From Bacteroidales bacterium UBA2287 (GTDB lineage Bacteria; Bacteroidota; Bacteroidia; Bacteroidales; Tenuifilaceae), in assembly GCA_002345675.1 (NCBI GenBank), contig DDWL01000030.1:1-50131 (forward strand): 50,131 nucleotides of DNA, given 5' to 3'. A program made the position numbers and the translations under genes. Below the pieces are notes generated by a model. It searched no databases, had not been told where the DNA came from, and worked only from the letters and a program-made list of their open reading frames with translations. This document shows, in pieces, positions 44,164 through 50,131 of the stretch (positions within the stretch are counted from its first letter, which is position 1; every line of letters starts with the position of its first letter).

Positions 44164-44617
44164 AATATTTTAGGGATTTTACATTTTGCAACATTAATGG
44201 TAAAGTGCAAGCGAATGGCCATAAACCAAAAAAGTTCGACTTAGTCCAAACCTACACTTTGGTAGGCAGGTACTATGTCGAACTTTAATAAATGTTTGCT
44301 AAGCTTAATTAAGCCAGCGAATGTGGGAGTTGGGGCAAAACTCTCTTAAATTTCTCTGAAAGTGGTTCCTACCGCTAATACCAAGAATCCTACAAGCAAT
44401 AGAATGTAGTTATACTCACTTAAAATTTGAACATGAGCGTAGTGGCCTATAATTCCAAGTATACCAGCGATTAATCCAATAATCCAGGTAATTTTTTTTG
44501 GTGCTGAAGGCATTTTCATAATTTTTATCTTTAGGAGAATAAAATGTTGTTCATTGTAATGCTATGTCTTTAATAGTTTTGGGATAGAGTTTCTTTTGCA
44601 CAATCCTCTTAGCTTTT

Positions 44618-45202
44618 TTACGATTTATGCTGAAAAAGGTAGAATAAACCAAGTTGAAAACCCCTGTTGTAAGAGTTTATGGCATCGCTATTATTAATAT
44701 TGGTAAAGCCGTGGTTGTATCGAAAGTCAATACCAAATCCGGTGGAAGGTTTCACATAGCTCATCCCCACACTTAATCCAAAGTCAGTACTTTTATAATT
44801 ATCTTTAACGTCAGCAGTTGCATTACCTGTTTTCGATTTTGCACTTGCTAAAATACCCAGCTGAGGACCAGCCTGGAGTCTGAATCCATTATCGAACATG
44901 TATTGTATTAATAGGGGTATATTGACATAGTTCATATTTATCAACATGTCTACGCCAGCAATTTTCGATTTTGAACCTTGTACTGAAAAAACAGCTTCGG
45001 GTTGTAGTGCAAAATTATTGCTCATGTGAATATGGCCTAACAAACCAGCATGATAGCTGAGTTTAGGGTCGAAATCGTTACTGTTATCGCCCATTATAGT
45101 GTAGGCATTTAAGCCCCCCTTAATGCCAATGTTCACATGTTGCGAATGAGCAGCATTTGTTATAAGTAAAAGAGCCACAACTGTAAAAAGAAAAGATTTC
45201 AT
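44618..45202 (-). CDS. Outer-membrane beta-barrel protein (OmpA-N/OMP_b-brl-like)
   Basis: Signal peptide, alternating amphipathic beta strands, and a C-terminal aromatic residue. Confidence 0.6.
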   Translation of the reverse strand: MKSFLFTVVALLLITNAAHSQHVNIGIKGGLNAYTIMGDNSNDFDPKLSYHAGLLGHIHMSNNFALQPEAVFSVQGSKSKIAGVDMLINMNYVNIPLLIQYMFDNGFRLQAGPQLGILASAKSKTGNATADVKDNYKSTDFGLSVGMSYVKPSTGFGIDFRYNHGFTNINNSDAINSYNRGFQLGLFYLFQHKS

Positions 45203-45458
45203 AGTTTTTTAGTTTAGATTGAAGACCGTCACTATATTTCTGGCGAATCATCAAAGTGAACATCAAAAGTAAGTTTGTTTTCACATTGAATGTTACATAT
45301 TACCTGCAATTGATTACAAAATTCACGGGTCTACTTTCACTGCTCCTATACCTAAGAACTTAAATTTCAGCAGAATTATAAATAGCAAGTAAACCGTTTT
45401 AGCCTACCCTTTGAACTAATCCTCACCCATTTCGTTTTAATAAGTAAATATTGTAAAA

Positions 45459-46121
45459 ATGAAAACATGGGACGACCTTAAATACAGCACAATTAGTGTT
45501 TACAGAAACAATGAAATTGCCGAAGGAGCTTACCTTCTTTCGTTTAAACGAAACTTTAACTTTGTGGCAGGGCAAGTAGTAGCGCTTGGAGTTACACCAA
45601 CTATTGCTCCTCGCCTTTACAGCATTGCAAGCGGCGAAAACGATGAATTTATCGAAATTTTATATTCCGAAAAATTGGACGGATCGCTTACACCCATGCT
45701 TTCGCTATTAAAACCTGGTGACAACCTTATGGTTTCGGAACCATTTGGGACATTTACACAAACCTCAAAGTCAGATGTTTACATTGCTGCCGGCACAGGA
45801 ATTGCTCCATTTATGTCGAGAATACGATCGGCAAAAGCCGAAAACCCCACAGTTATTCACGGTGCAAGCTACCCCGAGTTTTTCTACTATAATAAAGAGT
45901 TCGAAAATTTTGGAAGAAACTACATTCGCTGCTGCTCCCGTTGTAGCGACGACCAACTGTTTCAGGGACGAGTAACCGACTATGTGAAGCAGTGGAGTAA
46001 CCTCGACCCCAATAAAAAGTATTACCTTTGCGGCAGCGCCGAAATGGTTGTTGAAACTCGCGATGCTCTAATTGCTAAGGGCGTACCATTCGCAAACATT
46101 AACGCGGAGATTTATTTTTAG
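45459..46121 (+). CDS. Ferredoxin-NADP reductase-like FAD/NAD(P)-binding oxidoreductase
   Basis: FAD motif 'RLYSIAS' and NAD motif 'AAGTGIAPF', with C-terminal 'YYLCGSAEM'. Confidence 0.7.
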   Translation: MKTWDDLKYSTISVYRNNEIAEGAYLLSFKRNFNFVAGQVVALGVTPTIAPRLYSIASGENDEFIEILYSEKLDGSLTPMLSLLKPGDNLMVSEPFGTFTQTSKSDVYIAAGTGIAPFMSRIRSAKAENPTVIHGASYPEFFYYNKEFENFGRNYIRCCSRCSDDQLFQGRVTDYVKQWSNLDPNKKYYLCGSAEMVVETRDALIAKGVPFANINAEIYF

Positions 46122-46142
46122 AATTAAACGCAAAGAGGAAAT

Positions 46143-46166
46143 TCACGCAAAGGCGCAGAGACGCAA
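46143..46166. repeat. Dispersed repeat copy (direct orientation)
   Basis: TCACGCAAAGGCGCAGAGACGCAA. Hairpin unit TCCTGATAACTATCGGGA at 46213-46230. Confidence 0.5.
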
Positions 46167-46290
46167 CTTTTTTGCTTTTTAATATTTAACGCAAAGAGTA
46201 AGTTCACGCAAATCCTGATAACTATCGGGAGCAGAGGCGCAAATAAAGTCGAATTTATGTACAGATTTTTTCAATAACTATATATGACTA

Positions 46291-46680
46291 ATGACTGAAA
46301 ATGAAATTTCAAAGATAATTGTTGATGCTTGTTATCGTATTCATAGCCAGTTAGGACCAGGTTTATTCGAATCTGTTTATGAGAAAATACTTGTTATTGA
46401 ACTTGAAAAAGCAGGTTTAAAAGTATTTAGCCAAGTTACCATACCTGTTATTTGGGATAATATTCAGATTGACCAAGGCATTAGAGCCGACTTAATTGTA
46501 AACTATAAAGTAATTGTTGAAATAAAATCGGTTGAAGCAATTTCTCCGGTTCACCATAAACAACTGCTTACATATCTTCGATTAACAGATATGAAACTTG
46601 GGTTGCTTATTAACTTTAATGAAAAGTTAATAAAGGAAGGAATAACAAGGATTGTAAATAACTTAAAGTTTGGATTTTAA
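46291..46680 (+). CDS. GxxExxY protein (PD-(D/E)XK-like)
   Basis: 'GPGLFESVY' (GxxExxY) with downstream acidic and Lys residues ('VEIKSVE'). Confidence 0.7.
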   Translation: MTENEISKIIVDACYRIHSQLGPGLFESVYEKILVIELEKAGLKVFSQVTIPVIWDNIQIDQGIRADLIVNYKVIVEIKSVEAISPVHHKQLLTYLRLTDMKLGLLINFNEKLIKEGITRIVNNLKFGF

Positions 46681-46752
46681 GTGAAAGCTAGAGGATACTA
46701 TAAGTGATTTGCATTTCACACGCAGCAACCAGATTTTTTTCATTGTCAAAAT

Positions 46753-46774
46753 AGCGTCTCTGCGCCTTTGCGAG
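46753..46774. repeat. Dispersed repeat copy (inverted orientation)
   Basis: AGCGTCTCTGCGCCTTTGCGAG. Pairs with 46143-46166 to flank the GxxExxY gene. Confidence 0.5.
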
Positions 46775-46794
46775 AGAAACTTAATTAAAATAAA

Positions 46795-47823
46795 ATGTCG
46801 AAACCTGCCCTATTTGGTCTTACCCTTAACGAGCTAATTGCACTTGCAAAGGAGGAGAAACTTCCCGGTTTTACTGCCAAGCAAATTTCGGAATGGCTTT
46901 ACAAAAAGGAAATCACGTCAATCGACGAGATGACAAACCTTTCGCTCAAGGTGCGCCAGCAGCTTTCGGAAAAGTACTGCTTTGGACTTTCGCAACCAGC
47001 AAAGGTTTCCGAATCGACCGATGGGACAAAAAAGTACCTTTTTACTACCAGTAACCTAAAATTTGTTGAAGCAGCTTACATTCCCGACAACGACCGAGCA
47101 ACGCTTTGCGTATCGAGTCAGGTTGGCTGCAAAATGGGCTGCCTTTTCTGCATGACCGGCAAGCAGGGCTTTCAAGGGCACTTAAGTGCTGGCGAAATTA
47201 TTAATCAACTTCGCAGTATTCCCGAGTGGAAAAATATAACGAACATAGTATACATGGGAATGGGCGAGCCGTTCGACAATTTGGACAACGTACTAAAGTC
47301 GCTCGAAATTCTCACTTCGGAATGGGGAATGGCCATGAGCCCTCGCCGCATAACCGTTTCAACAATAGGCGTAATACCTGCTATGAAAGAGTTTCTCGAG
47401 CGGAGCAACTGCCATCTGGCCGTAAGCCTTCACACCCCTTTCGACGAAGAGCGACGAATGCTAATGCCCATTCAAAATGTTTACCCTATAGAAGAGGTTG
47501 TTAAAGAAATTCGAAAATTCGACTTCTCGGGGCAACGGCGCGTGTCGTTCGAGTACATAATGTTCAACGGCATTAACGACACACCACGGCACGTAAAGGA
47601 GATGTCGCGACTTTTGAATGGACTCCAGTGCCGTGTTAACCTCATTCGTTTTCATGCCATTCCCGACACACCACTAAAGGGTTCGCCCGACGATGTAATT
47701 TTAGAATTCAGGAATGCTCTTACCGCCAAAGGCGTTTTCACCACGCTTCGGTCATCGCGAGGTCAAGATATTCAGGCAGCCTGTGGACTACTGTCGACAA
47801 AGGAAAACATGAAACGCGAATAA
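46795..47823 (+). CDS. rlmN: Dual-specificity 23S rRNA/tRNA A-C2 methyltransferase RlmN (radical SAM)
   Basis: 'CVSSQVGCKMGCLFCMTG' cluster, 'MGMGEPFDN', and C-terminal 'AACGLL'. Confidence 0.9.
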   Translation: MSKPALFGLTLNELIALAKEEKLPGFTAKQISEWLYKKEITSIDEMTNLSLKVRQQLSEKYCFGLSQPAKVSESTDGTKKYLFTTSNLKFVEAAYIPDNDRATLCVSSQVGCKMGCLFCMTGKQGFQGHLSAGEIINQLRSIPEWKNITNIVYMGMGEPFDNLDNVLKSLEILTSEWGMAMSPRRITVSTIGVIPAMKEFLERSNCHLAVSLHTPFDEERRMLMPIQNVYPIEEVVKEIRKFDFSGQRRVSFEYIMFNGINDTPRHVKEMSRLLNGLQCRVNLIRFHAIPDTPLKGSPDDVILEFRNALTAKGVFTTLRSSRGQDIQAACGLLSTKENMKRE

Positions 47824-47941
47824 TTTTTTACCAATTTTCAATATTATTTTAAATTTTTCTTCAGAAATCTTTGTCATTCAATTTTACTTTCTTACTTTTG
47901 CAAGCCCAAAAAGTGTTGAACACTATTAATATTATAAATAA

Positions 47942-48253
47942 ATGTACGCTATTGTAGACATTGCCGGACAGCAGTTTAAAGTGCAGAAAGATCAGAAGAT
48001 CTACGTTCATCGCCTCGAAGGCGAGGAAGGCGCTAAGGTCAGTTTTGACAAAGTACTGCTTGTTGACAACGAAGGAGCAATTAAAATTGGCAGCCCTTCA
48101 ATTGAAAACGCCATGGTTTCGGCCACCATATTAGGTCATGTGAAAGGCGATAAAGTGATCATCTTCAAAAAGAAGAGACGCAAAGGTTATAAACTGAAAA
48201 GAGGCCACCGCCAACAGTTCACACAAATTCATGTAGAAGAAATAGTAGCTTAA
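47942..48253 (+). CDS. rplU: 50S ribosomal protein L21
   Basis: '[15 protein letters not shown]...' is a canonical bL21 N-terminus. Confidence 0.95.
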   Translation: MYAIVDIAGQQFKVQKDQKIYVHRLEGEEGAKVSFDKVLLVDNEGAIKIGSPSIENAMVSATILGHVKGDKVIIFKKKRRKGYKLKRGHRQQFTQIHVEEIVA

Positions 48254-48272
48254 CAAAATAAATTTTTGAACA

Positions 48273-48533
48273 ATGGCACATAAAAAAGGGGCTGGTAGTT
48301 CGCGAAACGGACGAGAATCCGAAAGTAAACGATTAGGCGTTAAGCTATTCGGCGGACAGGTTTGCAAAGCTGGAAACATTATTGTACGTCAAAGAGGAAC
48401 TAGGCACAATCCTGGTCAAAATGTAGGTATTGGTAAAGATCATACTCTTTTTGCTTTGACCGACGGAGTTGTAGCTTTTCGCAAGAAAGCTGAAAACAAG
48501 TCGTACGTTTCCGTTATTCCTGCCGAGAACTAG
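48273..48533 (+). CDS. rpmA: 50S ribosomal protein L27
   Basis: '[24 protein letters not shown]' is canonical bL27. Confidence 0.95.
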   Translation: MAHKKGAGSSRNGRESESKRLGVKLFGGQVCKAGNIIVRQRGTRHNPGQNVGIGKDHTLFALTDGVVAFRKKAENKSYVSVIPAEN

Positions 48534-48626
48534 TACCATACCACGTAAAACGTAATTAAAGTCTCCTGTGGCTGCACTACTATCGGTGCCGATACAGGAG
48601 ACTTTTTCATTATAACAATTCGACTT

Positions 48627-49901
48627 ATGCTCACATTAAGGCAAATTCGCGAAAGCCGTAACGAGGTTATCGAGCGCTTAGCGGTAAAAAATTTCGATGC
48701 CGAAAAAATGGTTGCCGCCATTATCGACCTCGACGACCAACGTAAAACTATGCAGGTTAAGCTCGACAATAACCTTGCCGAGCAAAACAGCATTGCAAAA
48801 CAGGTTGGAAACCTGTTTAAAGAAGGAAAAACCGAAGAGGGAAATGCTGCAAAGCAAAGGGTTGCCGACCTTAAGGAAGAGTCGAAGGAAATGGGGCTAC
48901 AACTTGCTGAAACAGAAAAGAAGCTTAACGATGCATTGGTACTGCTCCCAAACTTACCACACGCTTCGGTTCCCAAGGGAAAAACCCCTGCCGACAACCT
49001 CGAAATTCGTTCGGGAGGAAAAATGCCACAGCTTAGTGCGAGTGCTGTTCCCCACTGGGATTTGGCAAAAAATTACGACATTATCGACTTTGAACTAGGC
49101 GTTAAAATTACAGGTAGCGGGTTTCCTGTTTACAAGGGAAAAGGGGCTAAACTTCAGCGTGCGCTTATAAACTTTTTCCTCGACGAGAATGTGGCAGCTG
49201 GCTACGGCGAGGTTATGCCTCCGCTTATGGTTAATGCCGACTCGGCATACGGAACCGGTCAACTTCCCGACAAGGAAGGGCAAATGTACTATGTTAATGC
49301 CGATGATTTCTACATGATTCCAACTGCCGAAGTGCCTGTTACCAATATTTTCAGGGATGTAATTGTTCAGGCTTCGAGTTTACCAATACGACTAACAGCA
49401 TATACGCCTTGCTTTCGCCGCGAAGCAGGTTCGTATGGAAAAGATGTAAGAGGATTAAACCGTTTGCATCAGTTCGACAAAGTTGAAATTGTGCAGGTTC
49501 AACACCCCGAAAAGTCGTACGAAAGCCTCGACGAAATGGTTAAACACGTTGAAGGCATTTTGAACAAACTCGAACTACCCTATCGAATTATCCGTCTTTG
49601 CGGAGGCGACATGAGTTTTGCTTCGGCTTTAACATACGACTTTGAGGTATACTCTGCTGCGCAGCAGAAATGGCTCGAGGTTAGCTCGGTTTCGAATTTC
49701 GAATCGTTTCAGGCAAATCGCCTAATGCTTCGCTACAAAGAGGAAGGGGACAAAAAGAACCAACTGGCTCATACCCTTAATGGTAGTTCGTTGGCATTGC
49801 CACGTATTGTAGCATCGCTACTTGAGAACAATCAGGTTGATGGAGGCATTCGAATTCCAAAGGCACTTCAGAGCTACTGTGGTTTTGAGATGATTGAGTA
49901 G
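48627..49901 (+). CDS. serS: Seryl-tRNA synthetase
   Basis: N-terminal coiled-coil arm plus class-II motifs ('FRREAGS', 'GSSLALPR'). Confidence 0.95.
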   Translation: MLTLRQIRESRNEVIERLAVKNFDAEKMVAAIIDLDDQRKTMQVKLDNNLAEQNSIAKQVGNLFKEGKTEEGNAAKQRVADLKEESKEMGLQLAETEKKLNDALVLLPNLPHASVPKGKTPADNLEIRSGGKMPQLSASAVPHWDLAKNYDIIDFELGVKITGSGFPVYKGKGAKLQRALINFFLDENVAAGYGEVMPPLMVNADSAYGTGQLPDKEGQMYYVNADDFYMIPTAEVPVTNIFRDVIVQASSLPIRLTAYTPCFRREAGSYGKDVRGLNRLHQFDKVEIVQVQHPEKSYESLDEMVKHVEGILNKLELPYRIIRLCGGDMSFASALTYDFEVYSAAQQKWLEVSSVSNFESFQANRLMLRYKEEGDKKNQLAHTLNGSSLALPRIVASLLENNQVDGGIRIPKALQSYCGFEMIE

Positions 49902-50080
49902 AAAAGAAAAATATTTAACCAATGAAAGCCTCAGCCGTAATGTGTTGGGGCTTTTTACACTTATGTGATTGGCTAAAAAGACTTAAAAAATAACCACAAA
50001 GGTCACTAAGATTTACGCAAAGCACACAAAGCAACGCATGCACGAGTATTAAACTTTCTATACTTTGCATCTCCTCTGTA

Positions 50081-50097
50081 CACGATAATTATCGGGA
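50081..50097. repeat. Degenerate copy of the hairpin repeat (CACGATAATTATCGGGA)
   Basis: Palindromic core CGATAATTATCG. Preceded by CACAAAG-type sequence at 49985-50020. Confidence 0.4.
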
Positions 50098-50131
50098 TTC
50101 GCGTTATTCCTGTTTTCCTCGCTGGGTCACC

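Overview
This 50-kb window is a Bacteroidota-type chromosomal segment. Evidence for that placement: a T9SS C-terminal sorting domain, TonB-C fusions, a TAnnTTTG -7 box, GxxExxY proteins, and Acr3/ArsM/ArsP arsenic genes. Housekeeping genes (purQ, tRNA-Asn, pfkB kinase, 2-hydroxyacid dehydrogenase, mpg, rlmN, rplU, rpmA, serS) flank three accessory blocks.

(1) 3.4-5.2 kb: an arsR-arsC-arsM operon (+ strand), followed by a MITE-like insertion and a YhhQ-family transporter.

(2) 18.6-32.3 kb: a tightly packed 11-gene + strand operon with no CheA, CheW or CheY. It encodes CheR, a TM-HAMP-GAF-PAS2 sensor, a degenerate CheR paralog, a stand-alone CheB methylesterase, a TM-GAF protein, a TM-GAF-PAS2-PP2C phosphatase, a GHKL Ser/Thr-kinase-like protein, a DUF1987/SiaC-like protein, a 1031-aa ABCG-type transporter with a long N-terminal extension, and two secreted proteins. 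I interpret it as a chemotaxis-like methylation module wired to a SiaABC-type partner switch. This is the best candidate for an undescribed system.

(3) 36.8-44.2 kb (- strand): a metalloid/redox island. It contains a rhodanese with a Gly/Cys tail, a Cys-rich small protein and a radical-SAM gene, a frameshifted rhodanese, two thioredoxin-like small proteins, Acr3, an arsC remnant, an ArsP-like permease, a CcdA/DsbD-like membrane protein, two periplasmic CxxC proteins, and a second ArsR with repeat operators.

The intergenic DNA carries several small palindromic repeat families. One of them is interrupted by a 359-bp MITE with 14-bp TIRs and an 8-bp target duplication.

Also present: NfeD-flotillin, a BlaI/BlaR1(M56-TonB) pair with a divergent TonB paralog, and a secreted 2xHKD PLD-family protein.
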